A stretch of DNA of 64,000 nt from Candidatus Collierbacteria bacterium GW2011_GWA2_42_17. GTDB lineage: Bacteria > Patescibacteriota > Microgenomatia > UBA1400 > MFAQ01. How positions within the stretch are numbered: the stretch's first letter is position 1; each line of letters starts with the position of its first letter. Location of the stretch: contig LCDA01000001.1 in the NCBI GenBank assembly GCA_000998275.1, positions 116,352-180,351 on the forward strand, in the 5' to 3' direction. Positions 9,846-19,022 of the stretch are shown in pieces. The notes under the pieces are model-generated. The model saw only the letters and a program-made list of their open reading frames with translations, had not been told where the DNA came from and ran no database searches. The position numbers were made by a program, and so were the translations under genes.

Positions 9846-10139
9846 TTAAAAGAGAGATTTTTGTTTGGGAAGTAATTCAAAATTAACTAGGTGGTCTGGT
9901 ACCTCGACAACTTTTATTTTAGCTGTATGGCCGGAAATGAGGGCAATTTGAGAGGGAGAAATGGAAAAGTATTTGGATAAAGACTTGATAATGGCGTCGT
10001 TGGCTCTGCCATCGATGGGAGGTTCTTTGATTGAAACGGCGTAGGTGGTCGGGTCGATTTGAACCACTTTTTCTTGTTTCTTTTTTGGTTTAGCAACGAT
10101 GGTGAGGTGCATGTTACCAGTTGATGGGTGATTGACCAT
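9846..10139 (-). CDS. DUF167/YggU-family small protein.
   Basis: The protein is 97 aa. The segment GRANDAIIKSLSKYFSISPSQIALISGHTAKIKVVEV matches the DUF167 pattern GKAN.ALI.FLAK.L.V....V.I..G.TSR.K...I. Confidence 0.6.
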   Translation of the reverse strand: MVNHPSTGNMHLTIVAKPKKKQEKVVQIDPTTYAVSIKEPPIDGRANDAIIKSLSKYFSISPSQIALISGHTAKIKVVEVPDHLVNFELLPKQKSLF

Positions 10140-10776
10140 GGGCTATTAAATACTCGTTGGTTTTACTGAAGGGTTGGCTACCAAAGAAACCGTTGTGGGC
10201 AGAAAGAGGTGAGGGATGGGCAGATTTAATAACCAGATGTTTTTGCGTGTCAATGAAAGAACCCTTTCTTTGGGCGTAGTTGCCCCAGAGAATAAAGACA
10301 AGATTTTCTTTTGATTCGGCGAGTTGATGGATGATGGCATCGGTAAACTGTTCCCAACCTTTGTTTTGGTGACTACCGGCCTGGTGAGCTCTTACCGTGA
10401 GGGTGGCATTAAGAAGTAAAACTCCCTCCTTAACCCAACGTTCCAGATTGCCAGAAGGAGAAGGACTTTTGTCTACGTCGGCTTTTAGTTCTTTGTAAAT
10501 ATTTTGTAAAGAGGGAGGAAGAGCAGTGCCGTCAGGGACAGAAAAAGAAAGTCCGTGCGCTTGGCCTTCGCCGTGATACGGATCTTGGCCGAGAATAATA
10601 ACCTTAACCTTGTCGACAGGGAGACTGTCGAGAGCATTGAAAATAAATTTGGCGGGAGGATAGACGGTGTGGTTTTTGTATTCGTCGTGAACAAACTCAC
10701 TTAATGATTTGAAGTACGGTTTATCAAACTCGTCTTTGAGTAGTTCTTTCCAACTTTTTTCTAAACGTACAGCCAT
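10114..10776 (-). CDS. ung: Uracil-DNA glycosylase, family 1.
   Basis: The segment KVIILGQDPYHGEGQAHGLSFSV matches the E. coli Ung catalytic motif almost exactly, and the C-terminal HPSPLSA motif is present. Confidence 0.9.
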   Translation of the reverse strand: MAVRLEKSWKELLKDEFDKPYFKSLSEFVHDEYKNHTVYPPAKFIFNALDSLPVDKVKVIILGQDPYHGEGQAHGLSFSVPDGTALPPSLQNIYKELKADVDKSPSPSGNLERWVKEGVLLLNATLTVRAHQAGSHQNKGWEQFTDAIIHQLAESKENLVFILWGNYAQRKGSFIDTQKHLVIKSAHPSPLSAHNGFFGSQPFSKTNEYLIAHGQSPINW

Positions 10777-11372
10777 TAGTATTCGGTCGGGATGTTGGCT
10801 GGCATGGTGGGGATGTTTTTCATTACCTCCGAGAGGTCAGTAAAATTAACATCGGTTGGAACGGTGAATTTACTGTTATCAACTATCCAGGGAGAACATT
10901 TGACGTTTACTTTTTCGTCAAAGTTGACAGCTCCTTTTGCCGTGTTATCTTTGGTTTCGGTTGTTCCTTCCGATTCGGTGATTTTCAGTTTCATACCTTG
11001 GTCCTTTTTCTGTGGGTTCCATGTATACATATATGTGCCATCCGAAACCATACTCATATTGACGCTGGGCATTTCTTTGTCGGTGCTAGTAACAATTACT
11101 TCTTGAGCCATTTTTTTGCCGGAGATGTAGATAGTACCTTGGGTATCGGTTTTTGTACCGTCTGTTTCGTCGACAGCTGAAGTGGAGACAGTACACTTTT
11201 GGTTTTGACCCATGGCAAGAAGATCGCGTAAGGAAGATGATTGTGACTGTTCGGTTGGGGTGGTTTTGTCTTCACCGGCTTGGTTTTCGGTTCCAGTTGG
11301 AGTCTTGACAGTACAAGCGGAGAGAAAAACGGCGGAGATGATAACAAGAGAAAAACGAATTTTGTTAATCAT
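10776..11372 (-). CDS. Lipoprotein of unknown function.
   Basis: It has a signal peptide with a lipobox (MINKIRFSLVIISAVFLSAC) and the rest of the protein is hydrophilic. The likely start is Met7 of the tracked ORF. Confidence 0.5.
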   Translation of the reverse strand: MINKIRFSLVIISAVFLSACTVKTPTGTENQAGEDKTTPTEQSQSSSLRDLLAMGQNQKCTVSTSAVDETDGTKTDTQGTIYISGKKMAQEVIVTSTDKEMPSVNMSMVSDGTYMYTWNPQKKDQGMKLKITESEGTTETKDNTAKGAVNFDEKVNVKCSPWIVDNSKFTVPTDVNFTDLSEVMKNIPTMPANIPTEY

Positions 11373-11396
11373 ATATTCGTAGTATACCAATTACTG

Positions 11397-11996
11397 TCAA
11401 GAGTTTTCCAAACTTTTCCAGAGATACAAACAGGCAAGCGAACGGTAGGGACTCCAGATTTGAGAAATGGCTTCAATTTTAATTTTATCTTCCCTATCCA
11501 CTCCATAGAGTTTGGCAACGGCGGCACGAAGCCCAAGGTCTCCAAGGGAAAATGTGTCTTGTCGACCAAGCGAAAAAATAAGGAACATTTCGGCTGTCCA
11601 ACGACCAATACCTTTGACTGTAGTGAGAGAAGAAATTACTGTTTCGTCCGAAAGAAGATGCAGATTTTCCAAAACCAGTTTGTTGGAAACGATTTCTTCG
11701 GCAAGGGACTTGAGATATGAGGTCTTTTGGCGAGATAGCCCGCAAGAGCGAAGGGTCTCATCACTAAGTTTTAATATTTCTTCGGGGCGGGGAGTTTTTT
11801 CTTTGGGAAACAATGTAAGGAAGCGATCAAAGATGGTTGCGGCGGCTTTATTGGAGAGCTGTTGACTAACGATGGCTTCAAGAAGGTCACGAAAGAGATT
11901 GGTCGAAGGCTTTGGCGAAGAAATGGTGTAGTTATCAATAATGCAGGAAAGAACCGGGTCTTGGCGAAGGTGTTTTATTGCAAGTGAGTTTTCCAT
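11397..11996 (-). CDS. HhH-GPD superfamily DNA glycosylase, AlkA (3-methyladenine glycosylase II)-like.
   Basis: A helix-hairpin-helix (VKGIGRWTAEMFLIFSLGR) is followed by a Gly/Pro-rich loop and a catalytic Asp (SLGDLGLR), which fits the AlkA family. Confidence 0.7.
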   Translation of the reverse strand: MENSLAIKHLRQDPVLSCIIDNYTISSPKPSTNLFRDLLEAIVSQQLSNKAAATIFDRFLTLFPKEKTPRPEEILKLSDETLRSCGLSRQKTSYLKSLAEEIVSNKLVLENLHLLSDETVISSLTTVKGIGRWTAEMFLIFSLGRQDTFSLGDLGLRAAVAKLYGVDREDKIKIEAISQIWSPYRSLACLYLWKSLENS

Positions 11997-11999
11997 AGC

Positions 12000-12785
12000 T
12001 TGATTATAGAGAGAAAGTCGTATAATTTTGAAACTATGACAAGGGTGGAAGACGGTAATAGAAAATTTTTGTTTGACGGGATAACGGAGCTGTTTTATTC
12101 TCCGGAGATTATGTCGGGAGCAAAAGAAAAAATTGAAATGGTGAGAGAATTCTTAGAAGAAAATCCGGAGTATAGCTTTGTTTTATATTTCAACCACATT
12201 TCATTTAATGATCCGGCGGTACTAGTGCACGTGGCCAATCTTTTAAATCCAAAGGGTGAGTGGCATTTACTGGTGCCAATGTCGTATTCGCACGTCGATA
12301 CAAAAAGTGTCAAGGGTTTTTTGTCGTCTTTGGGAATGAATGTTGTTAAAGCGTGCGGAATTGAGGCAATACCCGTAGTACAGACATACCAGCTAAACAA
12401 TCCTAGGTATGGGTACACCGCCGAGGAAGCCAGACAAACATACGTAAACTACGTTCATCGGTTAAAGGAGTTGAAAAGATCAAATACACCAACTGGAGTT
12501 CTGATCAGTCCGGAAGGCCATCGAAGTGACACCGGGAAAATGATGGTGGCCGAGTCCGGGATGGTGGCGGCAGGGAGATTGTTGGCACCGGTAGTGTATG
12601 TACCATTGGCGGTTTCGTATGAGGGTAAGTTTAAAAGAGACGGAATAAACATCGGAAAGAAAATGTGGATAAATATTGGAGAGGTGACAGTTCAAGAAAA
12701 CCCGAGAGAGTACCCGAGCGTGGAGGAGCTGATGAAAAAGTTGGCCGTAGCTTTGCCCGAGGAGATGAGAGGGGTTTGGGGATAG
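12000..12785 (+). CDS. PlsC-like lysophospholipid/glycerol-3-phosphate acyltransferase.
   Basis: The HX4D acyltransferase motif is present as NHISFNDP, with a PEG-type motif (ISPEGHRS) downstream. Confidence 0.5.
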   Translation: MIIERKSYNFETMTRVEDGNRKFLFDGITELFYSPEIMSGAKEKIEMVREFLEENPEYSFVLYFNHISFNDPAVLVHVANLLNPKGEWHLLVPMSYSHVDTKSVKGFLSSLGMNVVKACGIEAIPVVQTYQLNNPRYGYTAEEARQTYVNYVHRLKELKRSNTPTGVLISPEGHRSDTGKMMVAESGMVAAGRLLAPVVYVPLAVSYEGKFKRDGINIGKKMWINIGEVTVQENPREYPSVEELMKKLAVALPEEMRGVWG

Positions 12786-12835
12786 AAAAGTACTTGGTAT
12801 CAATCTAAATACAAAGGGGTGGTATAATATAGGAT

Positions 12836-13483
12836 ATGACATATTTTAACCGAGGTGGAAGTGGAGACAATCGAGCCCAGTATTACAGCCCAAGAGAGGG
12901 AAGTTTTTCCTCAAGAGGTGGGTTTGACAGGGGTTCAGAGAGAAAAGAAATGTTTGACGCCGTGTGCGCTAAATGTGGAGGTGTGGCCAAGGTTCCTTTT
13001 AAACCAAACGGTAGAAAAGAAGTTTTCTGTAGCAAATGTTTTGGTGAAATAAATGGTGAAGAGCCTAGAGGTGGAAACAGATTTGAAAGTAGAGGTAACG
13101 ACAGAGGATTTGGGGGAAGAGATTCTAGAAGTTTTGATAAACCCATGTTTAGTGCTATTTGTGATGAGTGTGGAGATAACTGCCAGGTTCCTTTTGAACC
13201 AAGAAATGGTAAACCGGTACTTTGTAGTGATTGTTTTGCCAAAAAAGATGGTGGAAGAGGTGAGTCTAGATCTTTTGTCCCTTCAGCCCGACCGGCTGCC
13301 GGAAACGTGGATTTGAGTGAACTTAACGCTAAACTGGACAGAATCATCAAGCTTCTAACTCCTACCGAACCGAAGAATATAACGGAGAAGATTCTTGAAA
13401 CTATTGAGATCAATTCCGGAAAAGAAGTTGCTAAGCCCAAGAAAAAGGCCAAAGTAGCTAAGAAAAAGGTTATAAAGGAATAA
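12836..13483 (+). CDS. Double CxxC-x17-CxxC zinc-ribbon protein with an Arg/Gly-rich linker and a Lys-rich C-terminal tail; probably nucleic-acid binding.
   Basis: The two copies are CAKC-x17-CSKC and CDEC-x17-CSDC, each containing a VPF.P.G...V.CS.CF core. Low-complexity stretches (RGGFDRGSER, GNRFESRGNDRGFGGRDSR) separate them, and the protein ends KPKKKAKVAKKKVIKE. Confidence 0.6.
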   Translation: MTYFNRGGSGDNRAQYYSPREGSFSSRGGFDRGSERKEMFDAVCAKCGGVAKVPFKPNGRKEVFCSKCFGEINGEEPRGGNRFESRGNDRGFGGRDSRSFDKPMFSAICDECGDNCQVPFEPRNGKPVLCSDCFAKKDGGRGESRSFVPSARPAAGNVDLSELNAKLDRIIKLLTPTEPKNITEKILETIEINSGKEVAKPKKKAKVAKKKVIKE

Positions 13484-13505
13484 GTTTTAACTAAAACAAA
13501 AGGCA

Positions 13506-13535
13506 AAAAGAGGCTCTATGAGGGTCTCTTTTTGT
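13506..13535. terminator. Putative bidirectional intrinsic terminator between convergent genes.
   Basis: An imperfect hairpin (AGAGGCTC-tat-GAGGGTCTCT) is flanked by A-tracts upstream and TTTTTG downstream. Confidence 0.3.
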
Positions 13536-13547
13536 AACATATCCTAA

Positions 13548-14228
13548 TTATTTTCTCTTGATATTTAGATTAAGAATAAAGAGTACTCCTATTAAGCTTA
13601 AATTGATCAGGACACTAATGCCGATAGCTTGCCATAGAGAGTTTAAAATGGTCCAAATGTAGGAGTTCGAGTTGAGAAAGATCTGGAAGCCAAAATACCA
13701 AGCGAGAAGAGTGACAACGAGGGAAATGATGACGAACGGAAGAGCTTGTTTGATGTCCGACCAGCTGGGGAAAAAGGAGTTGGCCACCGTGAAGAAGAGA
13801 TAACCCTCGAGAAGCAGGAGCCAGATGTCTTTGGCAGTGAAACTAGTTTGGAAGAGTGAGGCAAACCAGATAAGAAGAGCCATGCCGGAGATGAAAGGGG
13901 CGATGCCGACGAGGAAACCTTGAATGGGATTGAGCTTTTGGGTTTGGACGGAACCAAGGGCAACGTGAGTAGATTTTTCATCCAATTTGTCTTCAAGATA
14001 TTCGGGAAAGATTTCAATCTTGCCGGTACGAGCGCCTGTCAGAGCGGCGACGAGGAAATGGGAAATTTCGTGGATGAGGGTGCCGGGAAGAAAGATGGTG
14101 CTCCAGACGATGATGACGGAGTGCTGACTTCCGCCTAGGCGATGAACGAGATGGGATAAGTCGGAGGTCATTCTCTTTTTGGTGAGGAGGAGACAGAAGA
14201 GACTAAGGATAACAAAAAGTAGGGGCAT
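13548..14228 (-). CDS. Polytopic membrane protein with an intramembrane HExxH motif; a putative zinc metalloprotease of the M50/DUF3267 type.
   Basis: The motif LIHEISHFLVAALTG lies inside a hydrophobic helix and about 6 transmembrane segments are predicted. Confidence 0.4.
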   Translation of the reverse strand: MPLLFVILSLFCLLLTKKRMTSDLSHLVHRLGGSQHSVIIVWSTIFLPGTLIHEISHFLVAALTGARTGKIEIFPEYLEDKLDEKSTHVALGSVQTQKLNPIQGFLVGIAPFISGMALLIWFASLFQTSFTAKDIWLLLLEGYLFFTVANSFFPSWSDIKQALPFVIISLVVTLLAWYFGFQIFLNSNSYIWTILNSLWQAIGISVLINLSLIGVLFILNLNIKRK

Positions 14229-14237
14229 GTACTTATT

Positions 14238-17200
14238 TTATTCCTCTTCTTCGGATTGAGTGACCGGGAGGCCGTTTGGCCAGCAGTGATTACGGAAGTC
14301 ACAGCGAACACAGTGGTTGTAGTCCGTGGTGCGATCGAAGTTTAGTGAGCGGATGCTCGCCATTACTTCTCTAATTACTTTCTTTAAATCGTTGACTTCG
14401 GCGGGGGTGATATTGAATCTTTCGCTGTGGAACCTGTTTCCTTTGTCGGCTTCGATAAATTGAAGTTCGGTTTCAGTAACTTTGTAATCGAAAGAGTGGT
14501 CGAGGTCGGCCAAGAGCTGATAGAAAACCAGCTGACGTTTGTAATCGCCGTTGGAACTTTTAGTATTGCCTTCGATATCATTTCTCGTTCGGGGTTGACC
14601 TGTTTTATAGTCGACAAAACGAACGTGTTTTTCTTTTTTGTTTGTTAAATCAATTCTGTCGGCTTTGCCGGTGAGCGGAATATCGTCGAGGACAATTTGG
14701 GAAGTGAGTGATTTACCGAAATTCTTTTCGGTGAAGAGAGCGGGGATGAAACTATCTTTGTAGTAATCATAGTAAAAGGACAAAACTTTCTGACCTTTTT
14801 CCAAGTAGTTTTTGAAGTCCGCTTCGGAGAGAACCTCGCGGCGAAGTGCGGTTTCGAAATCTTTTAGAAAATCTTTTGGCGATTCAACTTTGCCGGTATT
14901 TTTCAGGTTGATATATAGATACTGTAAGGCAAAGTGGACCGCGGTACCAAAGCTCATAGATGGAGGAGTGGTGCGAGGAATACGATAGAGATTGTCCAGC
15001 TTAAATTTGTAGTGGCACTCCAAATATTTATTTAGTGCCGTAGGTGAGAGCTTGAAGTCTTTGATGATTTCTTTGAGGTATTCTTTTTCGCCGGAGGCAA
15101 GAACCGGGGAGACTGGAATGGCTAGGAGTTTGCCTAAAATTTTGGCGGCGTTTTTTTGGAACTTGCCGACTTTGATCAGCTTGCGCGTTTTTTTGGGAAT
15201 CTCATCGAGGAACATTGAAGGAAAAATCATTTTGAGAGAGGTAGGGTACTCGGTGGAGCCGGTGAGGTAGAGATTCTTTTTGGCACGGGTCATGGCCACA
15301 TAAAAGACACGACGTTCTTCGGCATTTTTATCTTCTTTGTCGGTGTCTTCCAGAGCCAGGATACCCGGAGGAAGCTTGATCATCTGTCTTTTGGTGTGAT
15401 TGCCCCAGTGAGTGTCGGCGAAGCGGTAGATAAAGACTGTTTTCCATTCCAGACCTTTAGCTTTGTAGACTGTGGTGAGAGTTACCGCATTGTTGTCGCC
15501 TATTAGCGCCTGCTCTTCCAACTTCAAGCCATTCTCGTCCATGGTTTTTAGATTGAAGACGTAACCAAATAAGTCAAGACCGGGGAAAGCGGCGGATTGT
15601 TTTTTGACATCTTCAAAAAGAGTACCGAAACGATTTAACTCTTGAATCGGTTGAGGTAGGGCGAGGATGTAATCAAGGAGCCCTGATTCTTGAAATATCA
15701 TTTGGAACATCTCAGGAACGGTGTGAGTAGCCGCTTTGGAGTTCCAGCCGAGGAAACGATGAAAGACGTCGATAACGACCGGGTCGATGTCGGGATGAGC
15801 ATCAAGGAGAGTGTCCATGAGAGACTCACGTTTTTCGTGGGCGTAACGAGAGATTTTTAAAATGGAGAGAGGGTTTAGTTTGAAGTACGGAAAATTGAGA
15901 GCCAAAAACAAGTCGAGATCGTCAACCTTGCTTTGAAAAGTAGTGACGAGAGAAATAATTTTGAGGAACTGGGAAATGAGTGGCGTGGAGAGAATGTTGA
16001 CACCACCTTCGAGACGATATGGGAGGCCTTTGGATTTGAAAAGATTGACCAAGTTTTCGATGTCGGCGTTGTCTTTGGTTATGACGGCAAAATCGGATGG
16101 CTTGGCACCGGCTTTAATTTTTCTTTTCAAGGTACTCGCAATGAACTCGTCTTCGAAAAGGGGTGAGGTAAATTTGGCAACTTTAAGGGACAAATCTTGA
16201 AATTTAACGTTGTGGTGGAGAGGGGGTTCGTTGATTATTCCGGCGGAGGCTTCAAGTAAAGTTTGGGTAGAACGATAGTTTTGGTCTAGAACAATTTTCT
16301 TTAAGTTGGGAAATCTTTTTTGGAACTCACGGACATTTTCTTTGGAGGCACCTTGAAATCTAAAAATACTTTGGTTAGGGTCGCCGACGACAAAGACATT
16401 GGCTTCTTGACCCCAGAAACTGGAGAGGGCAAAGATGAGACGGTTTTGGGAGTTGTTGGTATCTTGGTATTCGTCGCCCAGAATGTACTGGAACTTTTCT
16501 TGGTAGGCTAGAAGAAAATCGGCATCTTTTTCGAAGGCTTCAACTACCCAGTTGATCATGTCTTCAAAATCGTAGCGGCCGATGGCAGAAAGTTTGGCTT
16601 GATATTTTTCGTAGATATTGAGAAGGTCGGTATTTTTGCCGACTAATGTTTCCCTTTCGTTGAGAGCGCCTTTTTTCAGGTCCCCTTTTTCGAGTTCAAA
16701 TTCTTCTTGTAAAAGAGTGACCAACTGCTTGTATTTATCAATGGGGTAACCTTCGCGTTTGAGGTCGGCGATGGCGCCAAGAATATATTTAAGATAGTAA
16801 GTGGGGTCGCCGGCCGGTTTTAAAAGAGGAAAAGAATCGCCTTCCAAAATCTCTTTAATTAATTGGATCTTTTCCAGGTCTGTGGCAATACTTAAACCCT
16901 TGGGTCGGCTAAACCTTTCCGGATTTTCGGAGATGATGTCGGAGCAGAAGGAGTGATAGGAGGTGACTTTGACGTAGTAACCGTCTTTGCCGACGAGCTT
17001 TATTAAACGCTCTCTCATTTCGCGAGTGGCGGCGTCGGTATATGTCAAAGCAAGAATGGACTCTGGGTTAGTATCAGTTTCTTTGAGAATATTGGCAATT
17101 CTGGCTGTAAGAACTTGAGTTTTGCCTGTGCCGGGACCAGCGAGAACCAAAACAGGACCTTCGATGGTATCGACGGCTTTTTTCTGCGAATCGTTTAACT

Positions 17201-17240
17201 TTTTGTACGCTAGGTCAAATTCCGGTGTGGTCTGGGGCAT
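14238..17240 (-). CDS. AddA/RecB-like helicase-nuclease: a UvrD-type SF1 helicase fused to a C-terminal PD-(D/E)XK, Cas4-like nuclease with a Cys cluster.
   Basis: Walker A is VLAGPGTGKTQVL and motif II is GDEYQDTN. The C-terminal region TGKADRID...VDYKTG carries the nuclease motifs and ends with the cluster CVRCDFRNHC. Length is 1000 aa. Confidence 0.75.
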   Translation of the reverse strand: MPQTTPEFDLAYKKLNDSQKKAVDTIEGPVLVLAGPGTGKTQVLTARIANILKETDTNPESILALTYTDAATREMRERLIKLVGKDGYYVKVTSYHSFCSDIISENPERFSRPKGLSIATDLEKIQLIKEILEGDSFPLLKPAGDPTYYLKYILGAIADLKREGYPIDKYKQLVTLLQEEFELEKGDLKKGALNERETLVGKNTDLLNIYEKYQAKLSAIGRYDFEDMINWVVEAFEKDADFLLAYQEKFQYILGDEYQDTNNSQNRLIFALSSFWGQEANVFVVGDPNQSIFRFQGASKENVREFQKRFPNLKKIVLDQNYRSTQTLLEASAGIINEPPLHHNVKFQDLSLKVAKFTSPLFEDEFIASTLKRKIKAGAKPSDFAVITKDNADIENLVNLFKSKGLPYRLEGGVNILSTPLISQFLKIISLVTTFQSKVDDLDLFLALNFPYFKLNPLSILKISRYAHEKRESLMDTLLDAHPDIDPVVIDVFHRFLGWNSKAATHTVPEMFQMIFQESGLLDYILALPQPIQELNRFGTLFEDVKKQSAAFPGLDLFGYVFNLKTMDENGLKLEEQALIGDNNAVTLTTVYKAKGLEWKTVFIYRFADTHWGNHTKRQMIKLPPGILALEDTDKEDKNAEERRVFYVAMTRAKKNLYLTGSTEYPTSLKMIFPSMFLDEIPKKTRKLIKVGKFQKNAAKILGKLLAIPVSPVLASGEKEYLKEIIKDFKLSPTALNKYLECHYKFKLDNLYRIPRTTPPSMSFGTAVHFALQYLYINLKNTGKVESPKDFLKDFETALRREVLSEADFKNYLEKGQKVLSFYYDYYKDSFIPALFTEKNFGKSLTSQIVLDDIPLTGKADRIDLTNKKEKHVRFVDYKTGQPRTRNDIEGNTKSSNGDYKRQLVFYQLLADLDHSFDYKVTETELQFIEADKGNRFHSERFNITPAEVNDLKKVIREVMASIRSLNFDRTTDYNHCVRCDFRNHCWPNGLPVTQSEEEE

Positions 17241-17244
17241 GGAC

Positions 17245-18234
17245 TTATTCTATGTCTTTTTTATCGGAATCTAAACCGGACTTCAGACTGTGCGAGGACT
17301 CAAGTTTGTTGCCAATCTGATTTAATGTCTGGGAGGTAGTATTCATAGAGTTGTAAGCATTTGTTAAGTGCTTGCCCAGAAGGGTGAAGTCGCCATTTAA
17401 TTTTTCGTAGTCTTTTTGGACGGCTCGTAAAAGAGTAAAGACCTCGGCGGTTTTGCCGGCAATTTTTTGACCTTCTAAGGAAAGAAGGATTGTTTGTAAA
17501 TTGGCATAGAGAGTGGTCGGGGAAACAGGAAAGACACGAGAGTCTCGGCTGAGGCTCATGATTTCTTCCTCATTGACTATTTCGTAGTAGACGGACTCGG
17601 AAGGAATATACATGAGAGCAAAATCGAGAGTCCCTTCTTCGGGAAGAATATACTTGCCGGAGATATCTTTGAGATGTTTTTTAACGTCACGGATAAAGGC
17701 GGAACGGGCTAGTGATTTTTCAGAGGGTGAGGTGGCTTGATATATCTTTTGGAAATTTTCCATGGGAAACTTGGAGTCTATGGGAAGAATACCGGCTTGG
17801 GTTTTGATGGCGGCGTCGACAATCTGGCCACCTTTGAAGTGGTGTTGAAGAGCGTAGCCGGTTTTGGGAAACATCTGGGCGATTAAATCAGTTAGGACTT
17901 GTTCACCAATGTTACCTCTGAGTTTAGGGGACTTTAGATAGTCTTGGAGATCTTTCATGGAGCGACTGACTTCGCCAAAAGCACCGGCTTCTTTTTTGAG
18001 GTCGCCAATGACGGTGGTTGCTTGATCAAGACGGGAGAAAAGTTCGCGGTAATTTTGTTGGAGTGAAGCCGTTGTTGTTCTATTAGTGGTATCGAACGAT
18101 TGCTGGAGAGACTTGAGCCAAGCGTTGAGGGTAGGGTCGGTGTTTGGTTTTTGCAGCTGGGACTTGAGAAGAAAATAGAGAATCAATAAGCCAAAGAAGA
18201 GAAAAGCTATTACAATTGAAGTATCAGTTGACAT
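17245..18234 (-). CDS. rmuC: DNA recombination protein RmuC.
   Basis: It has an N-terminal transmembrane helix and a coiled coil, followed by a conserved core that includes DFALMYIPSESVYYE, which resembles the RmuC motif DFVLMF.P.E. Confidence 0.65.
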   Translation of the reverse strand: MSTDTSIVIAFLFFGLLILYFLLKSQLQKPNTDPTLNAWLKSLQQSFDTTNRTTTASLQQNYRELFSRLDQATTVIGDLKKEAGAFGEVSRSMKDLQDYLKSPKLRGNIGEQVLTDLIAQMFPKTGYALQHHFKGGQIVDAAIKTQAGILPIDSKFPMENFQKIYQATSPSEKSLARSAFIRDVKKHLKDISGKYILPEEGTLDFALMYIPSESVYYEIVNEEEIMSLSRDSRVFPVSPTTLYANLQTILLSLEGQKIAGKTAEVFTLLRAVQKDYEKLNGDFTLLGKHLTNAYNSMNTTSQTLNQIGNKLESSHSLKSGLDSDKKDIE

Positions 18235-18251
18235 AGATTTATTTTACAGTA

Positions 18252-18620
18252 ATGGAACGAAACAAACACGAAAGAAATAAAAAATATGGATGGTTGGTTT
18301 TTTTTGCCCTTGTTAATTGGCTGGTAATTGCTCTAGCCGTGTGGAAAATAGATCCTGACAATATGGCTAACTTTCTTTTTCCGGGAAGCTACCTGCCAAT
18401 GGGTTTGTTGCTGATGGGGGGGATATTTTGGCTGTTATCGATATTAACAATGTCATCAATTAGAGCTTTACGTTGGACTCTGGGGATTATTATTTATATC
18501 TACTTACGAATTTGGGGGTTGGGGTCTGTCTTAAATGGTATTTTGATTCTTGGATTGCTTTCAGTATGGGAGGTATATATCTATAAGAAAAAACCAAAGG
18601 ATGTGCTACACTTTGATTAA
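18252..18620 (+). CDS. Small integral membrane protein with 3-4 transmembrane helices, function unknown.
   Basis: The sequence is hydrophobic throughout. Confidence 0.35.
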   Translation: MERNKHERNKKYGWLVFFALVNWLVIALAVWKIDPDNMANFLFPGSYLPMGLLLMGGIFWLLSILTMSSIRALRWTLGIIIYIYLRIWGLGSVLNGILILGLLSVWEVYIYKKKPKDVLHFD

Positions 18621-18645
18621 TTAAAGTTATTATTTAGGACAGAAT

Positions 18646-19008
18646 ATGCAACTTTCAAATAATCCTCTTAACAAAACAATTGAGAAACAATTATCAGAGA
18701 TGATGTACGGAATTTTGGCGGAACTTAAGACTCCTGAGGATGTCAAAATGGTAATGAATGATGTGCTAACTGATGGTGAAAGGGTGGCAATTTTGAAAAG
18801 ACTGGGAATTGCCGTGTATCTTGATAAAGGAAGAAATTATGAAGATATAAAAAATAATATTAAGGTGAGTTCGGCGACAATTGCTTCCGTCGCAGAAAAT
18901 TTGGGTAACTCTGGATGGCAGGAAATGATTAAAAGAATTAAGGCAGAAGAGTGGGCATCTGAGTGGACAAATAAAATTTCCGGAGGAATAAAGAGAATTT
19001 TTGGATGA
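18646..19008 (+). CDS. TrpR-like YerC/YecD-family DNA-binding protein.
   Basis: The protein is 120 aa and contains LTDGERVAILKRL...GRNYEDIKNNIKVSSATIASV, a helix-turn-helix of the YerC/YecD type. Confidence 0.6.
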   Translation: MQLSNNPLNKTIEKQLSEMMYGILAELKTPEDVKMVMNDVLTDGERVAILKRLGIAVYLDKGRNYEDIKNNIKVSSATIASVAENLGNSGWQEMIKRIKAEEWASEWTNKISGGIKRIFG

Positions 19009-19022
19009 GCTACAATTGAGGC

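Noticed and set aside
11280-11865. Plus-strand ORFs of 117-146 aa overlapping the lipoprotein and alkA-like genes.
   Set aside because: They are antisense or alternative-frame to genes with recognisable motifs and have no motifs of their own.
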